Shown here one piece after another: positions 40,801-55,282 of a DNA stretch of 64,000 nt. Position 1 is the stretch's first letter; each line of letters begins with the position of its first letter. A program made the position numbers and the translations under genes. The notes beneath the pieces are model-generated. The model did not search any database, was not told the DNA's origin, and was given only the letters and a program-made list of their open reading frames with translations. The stretch covers positions 1,423,599 to 1,487,598 of the forward strand of contig NW_019091360.1 in NCBI RefSeq assembly GCF_001949145.1, read 5' to 3'. The stretch is from Acanthaster planci (lineage: Eukaryota).

Positions 40801-41044
40801 CCTGAAAATGGAAACATCAAATGTGCCTTTGAAAGACAACTGACAAACAGACATCGTGACCTACCACCAACTTCTTGGAGGGGCCGATGCCAAAATTGAC
40901 CACGCACACCACCTGTCCTGTCGGGGTGCTGGCCAGCTCCAGGTTACCCGTCTTCCAGCTGGAGTTACCCATCTCCAGGCTGGTGTACTTGACGTAGCCT
41001 TGTATCATGCACATGGGCTCATAGATACCCACGTAGTTAGTCAT
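16836..41044 (-). CDS. USP37: Ubiquitin carboxyl-terminal hydrolase 37-like (USP26/29/37 family), 17 coding exons, about 1128 aa
   Basis: Exons (minus): 41044-40865, 36570-36384, 35679-35606, 35138-34801, 33794-33673, 33087-32994, 32040-31891, 29875-29747, 28828-28702, 27994-27735, 26214-26083, 23848-23531, 22595-22442, 20591-19862, 18743-18678, 18273-18161, 17048-16836. All phases are compatible (3387 nt). N-terminal PH-like region, Cys box LQGFSNLGNTCYMNAILQSLF, FSGFMQHDAQEFLCQCLDQLKE, IHLKRY, UIM-like motifs, His box SHIGSTSLIGHYISDVF...WLSYDDS...GYIFFY. The extreme C-terminus is uncertain. Confidence 0.95.
19003..19771. mobile_element. Diverged TIR element in a USP37 intron
   Basis: Left ATAGTGCTGCTTGAGCACAAAAA approximately mirrors right TTTTTCGTGCTTAAGCAACAGCTCTAT; ends and TSD not clean. 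Confidence 0.4.
21014..21280. mobile_element. MITE with 22-bp TIRs and an internal inverted repeat
   Basis: CTGTTTCAGACAGGCATTCTAG ... CTAGAACATCTGTCTGAAACGG; internal GACGTCTGAAAC / GTTTCAGACGTC. Confidence 0.7.
29574..29696. mobile_element. Short palindromic MITE-like repeat (family C)
   Basis: Arms AGCCGC...CTGGCTGCGGCTTACAATTACACA and TGTGTAATTTTAAGTCGCTGCCAAG...ACGGCT are imperfect reverse complements; second copy at about 2586. Confidence 0.6.
30301..31646. mobile_element. Non-autonomous hAT-like element (1346 bp) in a USP37 intron
   Basis: Perfect 10-bp TIR TAGTGCTGCA/TGCAGCACTA; 8-bp flanks TTTGAGAG / GTTGAGAG (7/8 match); subterminal GGTTCGG repeats at both ends; no transposase ORF. 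Confidence 0.75.
37470..37771. mobile_element. TTAA-flanked MITE (piggyBac-like termini)
   Basis: TTAA|CCCTAACC ... GGTTAGGG|TTAA; internal GCTACAGATTACTACT mirrored by AGTAGTAATTTGTAGC. Confidence 0.55.
38140..38311. mobile_element. Palindromic MITE, family A, copy 2
   Basis: GATTCACAATAGTGTGCCTCCAAGAGTTTGCAAC ... GTTGCAAACTCTTGGAGGCGCACTATTGTGAATC; flanks AATA and TATT. Confidence 0.85.
40251..40593. mobile_element. Long-TIR MITE, family B, copy 1
   Basis: Inverted arms (AATAAAATCTGGTACACTGAG...CACTGTTGCTA...GGGCAAGCTTTTGC vs GCAAAAGCTTGCCC...AGCAACAGTG...TCAGTGTGACAGATTTTGTT); the core is the reverse complement of the core of the 56140 copy. Confidence 0.8.
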
Positions 41045-42057
41045 TGCTGCTGTTACGCTGATGCTACCTGTTGAAAACACAAAAAATGGACTAAACAAAG
41101 AGAAAAAAGGGAACCAGTACTGGACCGTGACCCTGGTTTTGAGAGGTTTTTTACTTTTGTACCTACATGACAATTGATTCCTCACGGTGCATATTTTGGG
41201 GGACTTAGAAAGTTTACCTGTGACAGACTGTCATTTCTAACCATGTTTACATTGGGCATTGTGAAATCATAATCATTCATGAGATGGAATTCCAACCTAG
41301 ATTAGACTTTACTTCTTTTGAAGAAATATCCTCCAAAGCTGGGAGGAAAACAGCTGGATTTCCCTGGAAAATAGTCGTGCTTCTGGTTTCCCAACTAACT
41401 GACCCTATTTCATGACGGTGGAGTTCTTCGCTTGCAAACCAGGGTAGGAAAGAGAATGCATCACATCCCACTTTTCTCAAATTGAAATGAAATACCCAAA
41501 CCCCATGCCCCGCCTGGAGATTACATTGTATCTGATGTCACTATTCTCCTCAATCAGCGACGACTCCTCCCAACCGAGAGCATGGGGTTTTTCGGGGAAA
41601 GAGTTCCATACATACGGACAATGCCAATTTTCCCTCAAAATGCTATAACAGCTGTCAGAGAGTGGTAATGTCCTTCAAAGTGAAATTGAGCTAAGAAACT
41701 TCCCAAGCATTTACTCAGACAAGTCTCACAAGGTTTGTGCACAAGGGCAGCAAGTGTTGTCTGTATACGGAGCTCTCCTTTTCCAGGCTCAAACAAGCCC
41801 TGAAATCACGGAAATGTAGGTGGCACAGCTTGTTTTTTTTCTCTTTTGCCCTCCATTATTTCTAGTGATGTACATTCTGAATGGTCACCACATGTCAAAT
41901 GGTTACTTATTCGACGTCGAATATCAAACAGTTACTTGTTCAACCATGAATGTGGAACGTCAAACAAGAATTAACGTAGGCCTAACAAATGCTTAACTAA
42001 CTTCACACTGCCCAATTTTGGGGGTAGGGGTCTAGAAGTAACTTTTTTGTGTGAATA

Positions 42058-42225
42058 CGGTCATTTTACAATTGTGCGCCTCCATGAGTTTGTAATTCGT
42101 TGGCCAATCACGACGTGCAAAATTTGTTGACCCTTTCGAAACGCGCATTGGGTCGACAAATTTTACACATTGTGATCGGCCAACACGTTGCAAACTCTTG
42201 GAGGCGCACCACTGTGAATAGCCCA
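42058..42225. mobile_element. Palindromic MITE, family A, copy 3
   Basis: Same arms and inner AAAATTTGTTGACCC...GGGTCGACAAATTTT; flanks AATA and TATT. Confidence 0.85.
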
Positions 42226-42411
42226 TATTGCTTCGATGACAGACTATGAGCTACATGTATAAAAATTAAACGAATGAAAATTGTGAATAAATAAGTACTG
42301 CGAGTCTTCTGTCTGTCTATCTTGTTTTCCATTCTCTTCTATGTATCGTTGGGGGATGTACCTAAACAGAAAATACACGCACAGATAACACTTGACACAC
42401 AACTAGTGGGA

Positions 42412-42459
42412 GGACGACTTGACCCGAGGACGACTTGGCCCGAAGACGACTTGACCCGT
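42412..42459 (+). repeat. 3 x 16-bp tandem repeat, likely a transposon-end remnant
   Basis: GGACGACTTGACCCGA / GGACGACTTGGCCCGA / AGACGACTTGACCCGT. Confidence 0.85.
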
Positions 42460-42809
42460 TTCTGGTAATGACAGATGCTGCCAAGAATATTTTACAAATT
42501 TCGGAGAGAAAATTGCTATTAGTACATCTATTGTTAAATATTATCAAACTTACAGAAACATGCAGAATGTTTCCCTCTGTTTCAATAAAACTTATCCTCA
42601 GGCCATAAATGATTGACTACCTGGGCGAATATTGCCGATTGGGAACTCACTGGCAACATAAAATTTAAAAAATTTCCAATACCGCGATAGGGCCTAATAA
42701 AGTAATAAAAAACAGTTAGGCTATAGGGCGAGGAACCGTACTGCTAAGTATAGGTACATGTATGTGCAAACACATCGCTGCAAACTTGATTTCAAATTAC
42801 TGAACTCAC

Positions 42810-42955
42810 CTTTACCTAGAAAAGAGACGATGGAAAATCCTCCGTTTAGTTGTGGGCATGGTTGGACTTGACGTGTGTGGAAAAGGCAGCCATTTTGAAT
42901 TGGCGCGAAATGCTGTCGTGTTTATTGAGGGCGCTATAGCACTTTCACGTGCGGG
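42810..42955. promoter_or_regulatory. Probable divergent promoter for USP37 and the zinc-finger gene, including the non-coding first exon of USP37
   Basis: CpG-rich patch. On the minus strand TTTCGCGCCAA (E2F consensus, 42900-42910) runs into CAAAATGGCTGCC (YY1-like). CACGTG at 42946-42951. Minus-strand donors AG|GTGAGT (exon end 42810) and AG|GTAAAG (exon end 42816) can splice to the acceptor at 41067, 23 nt before the USP37 ATG. Confidence 0.6.
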
Positions 42956-43868
42956 TCGCGCATATTAAAACATGTATTCGCGCAGCTGCCGAGGCCAACA
43001 TGCATAACAAAGATCTGTGTAGACACACAGGGCCTATGGATTAAACGGATAGCATCTTCGGTCAAAAGGGTTACCTGTGTTTTTGTCTACTCTGTAATTG
43101 TATGTCGAAGTATGGAATACAATGTAGAACTTGTCAATAAGCCCTGGCTGATGCTTTTTGCCCCCGATGTCGTGAGCATGCAGTAGGCCTATAGCGCAGT
43201 ATACATGGAGGAATTACCATAGACGTGGACACTGAAGGAGAAAGTCTGTGCAGTAGGCCTACTTAAGTACTTGCTCTTCCTCGTTTATGGGTGTTGGTTG
43301 CGATCGGCCGACATGAACGATCATCAAAACAATCACTCTGCGCGATTGGTCGGTCCTGCCTGAAATCTCCAACTTCCACAGTTTTTCACTGGGGGAATTG
43401 GGCCTACCCCTAGAATTGTGAGATTTGACGTCAGCTGCGCTCCCCACAAAGTGTCGAACCCCACATTTCTGGAGGTAAACTGGGAGTTATAAAAGGTGAT
43501 GATGGGGGGAACTATCGAGAAATTGTGCAATAAGATTGACTGATCATGCAAAGTTTGGGTGATTGTGCACCAAGTTACACTTATGGACATTACTATAATC
43601 AGGGCTTACTTTCTGTTTCAGAAAGAATTCCAAAAGAGTTTCCTAATAGACTGTCACAACAGCAACAGTTTTGAGTGTCTTAAAACACCAACACATTTTA
43701 ACAGGGACCTATTAATTAAGGTGGATTTTGGTTAGGAAATTGGGGTTCAGTGTGTGAAGGAAGTCTCTGGTAATTTGTGGACGATACAGAAAAAAATGAA
43801 ACGGTTTGATAATTCTTTCCGAGTCATTTTGTTTATCTGTACCCAGTCAGATTAGACACTTTGATTCA

Positions 43869-46800
43869 ATGGACCCCACCGTGTTGAAGTTTGAATGCAA
43901 CAGCGAAGATGAGGGGTTCAACAGCAGAATTGAGTCCAACGTTGACAAACGTGACGTTCAAGATGTCTCAGAAGAACCGGTCTCTCAAGTAAGCTAAGGG
44001 GGTGTCTACAGCGTTTGCACAACATTTATAACCTCAAAAGATGGCAATTGACTATGGCCATTTTCTTGTGAATTTGAGAAATGGAAAGGTTTGTAAGAGG
44101 AGAATGAAGAGGGTGTGTTTTGCGCACATGAAAATGATGAAAAAAATCGATAACTTTTGAAAGGAATATTCTTTTCTTGTGGTCACTGGCATACTAAGCA
44201 GAAATTTGCCGTTGGATTGATGAGTCTGGCTTATCCAGTATTGCATGCCTAAACATACATGTATGTTATTTTTATTTTATTACACTTTTCCACTGGCGAT
44301 TAACGCAAAAATAAATTCATTATAAGATATAAAAATATGTATATGTGTTACAGTTTGAATTCTCGTTATTTGTTTCAGTTGTTTCCAGAGTACCTGCCTT
44401 CAGAAGCAGATGATTATGATGGTCAGCCTTCCCTGATGGATAACGGACTTGAAGAGCAAAATGCTGGTGGCTCCGTGGTCAGTGCTCCACACCTGTAGCC
44501 GAGTTCGATCAGTGGCCATTTGCTGATTTTGCCTGGTACCCAGTACCTACTTTATTCATGGGTTACCAGGTAAAATCGACGAGTGGTTAACAAATAGTCA
44601 CTAAGGAAACTTGGGTCCCTATGTACAAACCGGCTGAAGGCTTTAGTAACTTAATACGGGCATCTCACAATAGTGCGCCGGCAACACGGTGCCCACTGTA
44701 CGCAATACACATCCGAACGGCGATGCTTTTGGAAAGACTCGACACGTATTGCACATTGTGATTGCCCTCCATGTTGCAAACTGTTGGTGGTGCACTTTTG
44801 TGAATCGCCCCTTTTCTCCTTTTAGTTTGCATAGCCACAGACGCTCAAAAGGTCTTTCTCCTGCTCTGCTTTGTACATGGACTAGTCACCAACACTCAGG
44901 TCATGTGACAGCAGTGACTGTGGCTTGCGATATTCAGGGGCAGCAAGTTGACTAGCAGAACGTAGATTAGGATGCTTCATTCAGAGTTGAGGAGTCTTCT
45001 TTATGATGTGTGACCTCCTTATTGATTTAATCTCATATTGATTTCATTTCAACCTGCACATCCTATTTTTACAGTTTTTATCGATTGGTGACGTGTGCCA
45101 GTCATTGTTGCCAACTTTTTGATAGATCATGTATGATGAAAACAGAGCTGGGAAAAGTTCTGTGAGGCAAATTTAAGTCGGCACTTGTCCCCTAAATAAA
45201 TAAGGAAAGATTTCAAGCAGAAGGAACGGGATGGTTAGACTGTATTTAAAAAAGCAGCAGTTGGTACATTATCATGAATTAATAGTGTGCCTATCTATGC
45301 AAAACCAGGAAAGTTATTCAAATGCCATATAAGGGTTGTAGTTCATTTGCATTTTATGTACATTTCAATTTCCTTGAAATTAATTTCTGCTTTTATTTTC
45401 TGTTTCAACATTATTAAAATATTTACTGGGTCAGGGTCACTTTTGTGATTTGTTTTCACTCCCGACCGGGTTAGGACAGGTAATTAAAATTTTGTTAAGT
45501 TGAGGTTTTCTTGCATTTGGGAATGAAAATTTTAAAAAAAATTATAAATCATTTGTGCTGTCCTCATCTGCAGACCAAATCTCCCCAGTTATGGGGCCCG
45601 GACTGCTTCCAAGATGCTCCAAGCAATGACAACAGACTACAACATGTGCATGTGCAACCAGATCAGCCATCAGTCTCCTCGCTGAAACCACAGGTCTGCA
45701 CACTTCTTCTGTGTAGTCCTGAGACCTTTGTCACAAATCCAGCAAATAGTGGACTACGTCAAATACACAATTCTGGGGATACACAGATTTGCCAACAGCC
45801 AACAACAAATGAAATTTTAAATGCCACATTCTGTGAGCCTGAGCATTCACAGAGCTTCATGGTCTGTACCTTTGTCTTTTAAACATTGCCCCTGCCGCCT
45901 TCCAGCTTTTCATAATTGAGGTTTTAGGATGCTGGTCATCTCCCATGCCCCATCCCCACTCTCTGGCTTGGATTTACACAACTGCTTACAAGGAAAAAAA
46001 CAGAGCCAGAAATACAATACTGATCTGTAGAAAAAAAAAGACTTTTTCTGAAAATTCTAGGAATATATATACAGTTGCATCAGATTTAACATATCAACTT
46101 GACTTCTAGAGACTGACTCGAGGAGCGTTGATATTTGTCTATCCTCACTAATCTCCTTGCAGAAAACGGTCAAAATGTGGCCCATCAACAAGCGCAGCCG
46201 CAAGAAGTGGACCGCCCTGTATGGCCAGCTCGCCGGCAAGAAGATCAAGTGCTCAGAGTGTCCGGAGACGTTCCTGCACAAGCGCAGCCTCAGCCGCCAC
46301 GTTGCCATCAACCACGGGCCCAAGGTCTACTTCTGGTGCCAGCGGTGCTGCCGGGTCTACAACCGGCGCGACAACCTGCGGAGCCACTACCGCAGCCACC
46401 ACCCCAAGCACATTAGGGACCTGGACCACATCCAGGGGGTCGGGCGGGACAGCTTTCTCTCAGAGGGGCAAACCTTGTTGGCAGAGGTCGGCACAGGTCC
46501 TGTAGGCAGGAGCACTTATCACCTGCCAAGTAACAACAGTCAATCTGTCAGTGGCAGCAGCAACCCGTCAATCAGCAGCAACAGCAATTTATCAGTCAAC
46601 AGCAGTAATCCATCAGTCAGCAGCAGCCATCTCTTTGTCAACAGCAATAGAAATCCGTCAGTTAGCAGCAATCTGTCTGTCAGCAGCAACAGAAATCTGT
46701 CAGTCAGCAGCAACGCCAATCTGTCAGTCTGCAGCAGTAATCCATCGGCCAGCAGCAGTAATCCATCAGTCAGCAGCAACAGCCCACAAGTCAGCTGCAG

Positions 46801-47656
46801 TGACAACTTTGGTGCTGGCAGCTCCACCAGTAAAGTTGGCAGCAAGCAAATTCAAGCAGTGCAAATCACAGAGAGGGAACAACGGCGGGTGGATGCGTGT
46901 GAGGAGAATTTGAGGGTGAGGACCGCCGTACTCCACACAAACAACAGCAAAAGTGCTGGCAAAGGTGCTTCTTTCACTGCTGCCATCAGGCAACAAAGTG
47001 GGCAAAGGGTGCACCCTCCAAAACGGTTGCCGACCCTGTCCGTCCCTCCCGCAGGCATTTGCTCGGAAGCCAAGAGGCCCTGTGTCAATGCGTACCCCAT
47101 CCCGGCGGCCGGTTCAACACGACACCCTGTCACAGCAGCAGATGTCTTGACATTACAGCTGCAGCATGAGTCCCACAGGGCAGAAGGAGAGGTTATCCAG
47201 GTCTCGGACGATTCCAGCTCCGATGAGGAGCTGGAGATCTTACCTCAGTCATCACCCGGGGACCAGGGCACATCGAGAGTGGAACGCGGTGCCCCATTCA
47301 GAGACCTGCAGATTGAGAAAGTGATGCAAGGGCACGTGACAAGAGTCTCTGAAGAGCACCAGACTTACATCTATTCTGGAGGCGAGAAGATCCGCGCCGA
47401 GAGAAGAACACGGACCTACAATGTGCTGTATCTTGACAAGGTTAATCAGGGTACGCAATCGACAACTCCGGAAACTGTGGCAATCGGACCCAGCCTGACC
47501 GAGGAGAGACAATTGGAGAGAACTGTGGAGGGTCAGGTGACCAAGATCACAGAAACGTCGAGCAAGTACACATACTCATCAGGGCAGAAAGTGACTAAAG
47601 AGAAGACGTCTAGAGTCTATGATGTCATGCTGCTCGCTGGATTGACAAATGTCTGA
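43869..47656 (+). CDS. C2H2 zinc-finger protein (2 fingers) with Ser/Asn-rich repeat and duplicated C-terminal module, about 610 aa
   Basis: Predicted exons 43869-43988, 44379-44477, 45574-45693, 46163-47656, all phase 0 with GT-AG sites. The last exon is a long ORF with CSECPETFLHKRSLSRHVAINH and CQRCCRVYNRRDNLRSHYRSHH. The three upstream exons and the start codon are less certain than the last exon. Confidence 0.8.
44657..44811. mobile_element. Palindromic MITE, family A, copy 4 (more diverged)
   Basis: CGGGCATCTCACAATAGTGCGCC ... GTTGCAAACTGTTGGTGGTGCACTTTTGTGAATCGCCC. Confidence 0.7.
46533..46790 (+). repeat. Coding minisatellite (degenerate units of about 21-24 nt built on GTCAGCAGCAA[CT]) encoding SSN(P/L)SV repeats
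   Basis: Repeated TCAGTCAGCAGCAAC / AGCAGTAATCCATC words; the translation SSNPSISSNSNLSVNSSNPSVSS... stays in frame throughout. Confidence 0.85.
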
Positions 47657-48791
47657 GCTGGTCGCAAAAGAATTTTGTCAAAATCAACTCCAAGACATTT
47701 TGAGCCACGGTGGCTCTGTGAAATTTCGGCATATTTTGTTTAAAGTTGACGCGGGTTTAAATTGATATAAAACAGACTTTTGAAACCAAAGTCTTCAGGT
47801 GGAAATTTTAATTAGTTTATTACTCTTTGAGTGAGCCACTTGGAAGTGTATTTTCAGTGAAAAAAAAAGACATCAGTTCGCTTCTCATGAAAACTGGTGA
47901 TGGGGGGGGATTCAAGTAATTTTACACTGGTCATATGTCTCTTGTATTTAATCTTAAGGGGTAAAAAGTTTGGTTGGTCTTCAACAAGTAAGTTTCAGAC
48001 CGGCTGGGTTTTGGAAGATGATAATTTACCCAAGCCTAAGGCTGGCTGATGTTTTAATAACTGTCAAAATTGGCCGTGATCAGCTTTTGACCAATAGGAA
48101 CCAGTAAACTGTCTTGGGCATTTATTAATACTAGTTAATGATATGTCATTTTATTTATTTTACTAGTTTTTCTATTGCAGAGAAAGCTTTTAAAGAGATG
48201 AGAGAAATTGACAGGAGCAGAATTTGAACCTGCGACATGCTGACTACCAAACCGATGGTTTGCCAACTCTGTTCACTATTAACTGAGCTATTTAGCCCTT
48301 TGTTGGGGATTCCTCGTATTTGTCAATATCTATGTTCAGCGTGTGCAGCTCGGAAACCACAAACTACGGCAAAAGGTATAGGAGAGAAAAACTGGGGCAC
48401 CCAGCTCATTGTAAAATTGGTGGAAACTGGAACCAGGAAGGGGACTGATCACTTGGGTCCATCTTATGCATAATTTGAAACATTTTCATGCAGTAATTCA
48501 AGACCATGTTTTTATGTGAAATACAGTGTACTAAGTCTAAAGTTCTCCAGGGCCTTCTTATTTATTAGTCACTTTTAAGTGTGCTTTAAAGACGAGACAA
48601 AATAAAAATACATGTAACACTAGGTCATTTTTAGCATTAAAAGTGTTTTTCCTATTTGGACATCCTGTACAATGGAAGACGGGATAAGTCATTGTACTTG
48701 CTTGTAGTACATGTATCCTGGTTTTCATAATGCAAAAGACACTAGTCTGATCTTTCTGAAATCTAAAGTTTCAAGCCCTTTTATCTAAAAT

Positions 48792-50830
48792 TCAAAGCAG
48801 TCTCGCTTCATACAGATGGATATCCCTGCGTTTATCGTGAAGAACTTCCGCCATGGAAAATTGATGTCTCATCATGTCTAGAAATCGTTCATCCCTTGCG
48901 TATCTTATTCTACAAGACAGGAGCACTAATGTGTCTCTGTCGCTCAAATGAGCTATGGTCTGCAAAAGTTTGGGAAAGGTGTCTTCCACATACACGATGT
49001 CTGCTCCTATGATGATCTCAAAGGGTTTCAAAAACTCCTGCAGGTTCTCTCCCCAGCTCAACTCCTGAACTGAAATTGTCCCGCTTCTGCCACTAGATTT
49101 TGGGCTGTTCTCTTCCACGTTGGCCTGCAGCTGATCAAGGGCCACCTTGCGATCAGTCAGCACCACGTTGCCGCCTAAGAGAGCTGCTACGATGCCGGCC
49201 AGTCCTGTTCCGGCCCCGAGCTCAATGACAGATTTCCCATCTATGGCAAGTTGCTGAGCGTTCACACTTGACTCCAGATACTCTGCAAGAACTACGGCCT
49301 ATCAAAGAGAACGAAGATATAAAGAAAGAAATCTACATTGCAAAATAAAGGGAATTTCGGCAAACAGAGTTTCTTCCTAGTCACAAATATCATGAATATA
49401 TGAATATTTGCGCATCTTGAAGTTATGCTTAATTTAAAAAACTTTAAGAGGAGCATGCTTGAGATAAAGTATTACAGTTGAAGAAATATGTCATTTCATC
49501 CGAATTAAACATATTTAAAAAAGAAATTCAGCTTTCTTAGGCAGGCATTTTTTTATAACTTGATGCTCAGATTTTTTTAAAAACAAATTTTAGAGGAAGA
49601 TGAAAAAAAGGAAGTATTTCTGCATGGTCTCAACAAAAACAAATAATGGTCTTCAAGTCGGGGGGCCGAATACCCTCCTAAAAAGTTTTTTGCCCAAAAA
49701 AAGAAAAAAAAGAGGTACATGTACATGTATCCCTTACCACTAGCACTAGCTGCCAAAGACCAAAACTCAAAAATTGGAATCAGGGACTTTGCCGTCTCTC
49801 AGACAGCAGAGTAAAAATTATTTTGTAAGTGCGGGTATCCAAATCTTTCTATATCAAACTAATAAATTTAATTTTTTTTTCCAGTACTAAATCCGGAAGG
49901 TTGGCAGATCTGAGCGTCAACTTAAAAAAAAATCTCGCCTCAGGAGCAAAGCAAATTCAAACAAAACAGCACATATTAGTCCTCCTGTTATAGGTATGAA
50001 ACAGAAACATGCATTGAAGCTCTCTTCTATGACAAGAATATTAACGCGATGCTTTCATCTTCTGAATTCACAATTAAAAACCAAACTTCAACCATCCTAC
50101 CGTAACCTTATTCATACAAATAGGTCATTAGGGAGACATTTTGTGGTAAATTTTTTGACCTTAGGGAGACATCGGTCATTAGGGAGACATTTCAATGTCT
50201 CCCTACTGCCCCATCTACCAGAAGGAGGCCGAATTTTACTGTCCAAATTTTGAGAGATGATAGATTAGGGTCTAAATTGAAAACATACAAAGTTTGGTTC
50301 ACATCAGATTAGGGAATATTAGATTATGGGACAGTAAATTTTGTGCACGTTCTTATGGGAATGTCTCCTAAGTGACCCATTTTCGGTAATTATTAGAACT
50401 ATAGGGCTCGTTGCACACTCTGCCTCACTAAAGAAGAGAGACAGATCTTGCGACGAACCCCATCGTTTTTCAAGTATGCCTACGGAAAAGTGGTTCCCCT
50501 GTATAAACCACGACTTGCATGCAGTCTCATAAATTATGGCCAGTATGGAGTACAAAATTATATTCAATGTGTATAGGCCTATAGCCCACACCTGCTTAAC
50601 CAAGCCAGGAGCCCATGCCAACAGTAGACAACATGACAGACATGACAGAACTACGGACACTAATATTATAAGTCTAACAATTGAAAACCTACAGCGTCCC
50701 ACACAACTGCAGCAACACCGAGCTCTTCCCATCTCTGTCGAATGGTGACGCTCCTGCCGGCAAATTCAAACGTTTTAGTGTCTTGTCGAAAGGCGCTGAG
50801 ATGAGTCGGTGTGTAAACGACAAGGGCCAT
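48792..50830 (-). CDS. METTL21A: Protein N-lysine methyltransferase METTL21A (HSPA lysine methyltransferase), 2 coding exons, 214 aa
   Basis: Exons 50830-50693 (MALVVY...LGVAAVVWDA) and 49298-48792 (AVVLAEYLE...VIELGAGTGLAGIVAALLG..VVLTDRKVAL...ELSWG...IIGADIVY...CRIRYARD); phase-0 GT-AG join. Motifs match human METTL21A as I recall it. Confidence 0.95.
50123..50377. repeat. Cluster of TAGGGAGACAT words (3 direct, 2 inverted, one imperfect) in the METTL21A intron
   Basis: GGTCATTAGGGAGACATTT at 50123 and 50174, TTAGGGAGACAT at 50161, inverted AATGTCTCCCTA at 50194 and AATGTCTCCTAAGTGACC at 50360. Confidence 0.7.
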
Positions 50831-51216
50831 CTGCTCGTCGTTGGCCGCTGTGCTGACGAATGTACCCTCAACTTGAGGCGGGGTAGAACATGCAGAGTTG
50901 TCCGGACAGTTGTTTTCACTTACAATTTCACGAACGCAGGGTGAGCACTGGTCATTATGGATGTAACTTCCATTGTATGCGCTGATGTAAAGATTTATAA
51001 CGATTAAAATCTGAAGCACAAAGCTGAAGTCAAATACATGTAGTACCGTCATTTCAGGGAAGATAAACACCATACCGCATTGAGTATTTTTAGAGTTTGG
51101 CAACAAATAGATGAAGAGCGCCTCCAAGAGTTAATGTTAACGCCGATGTCAAGAGGATGTGAATTGCGTAACTCACTGGGCATTTAAAACACCGACCTAA
51201 TTTTAGGTTTTTAAAA
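50831..51216. promoter_or_regulatory. Bidirectional promoter between METTL21A and TMEM41A
   Basis: The two ATGs point away from each other and are separated by only 386 bp (50830 and 51217). Confidence 0.7.

Positions 51217-55282
<4,066 letters not shown>

Noticed and set aside
42412..42459. Short repeats here and at 11142 and 58600-59040 as CRISPR-like arrays
   Set aside because: Tandem units without unique spacers, eukaryotic context, no cas genes.
46540..46845. Antisense and alternative-frame ORFs (LLLLTD repeats) over the zinc-finger exon
   Set aside because: By-products of the stop-poor coding minisatellite.
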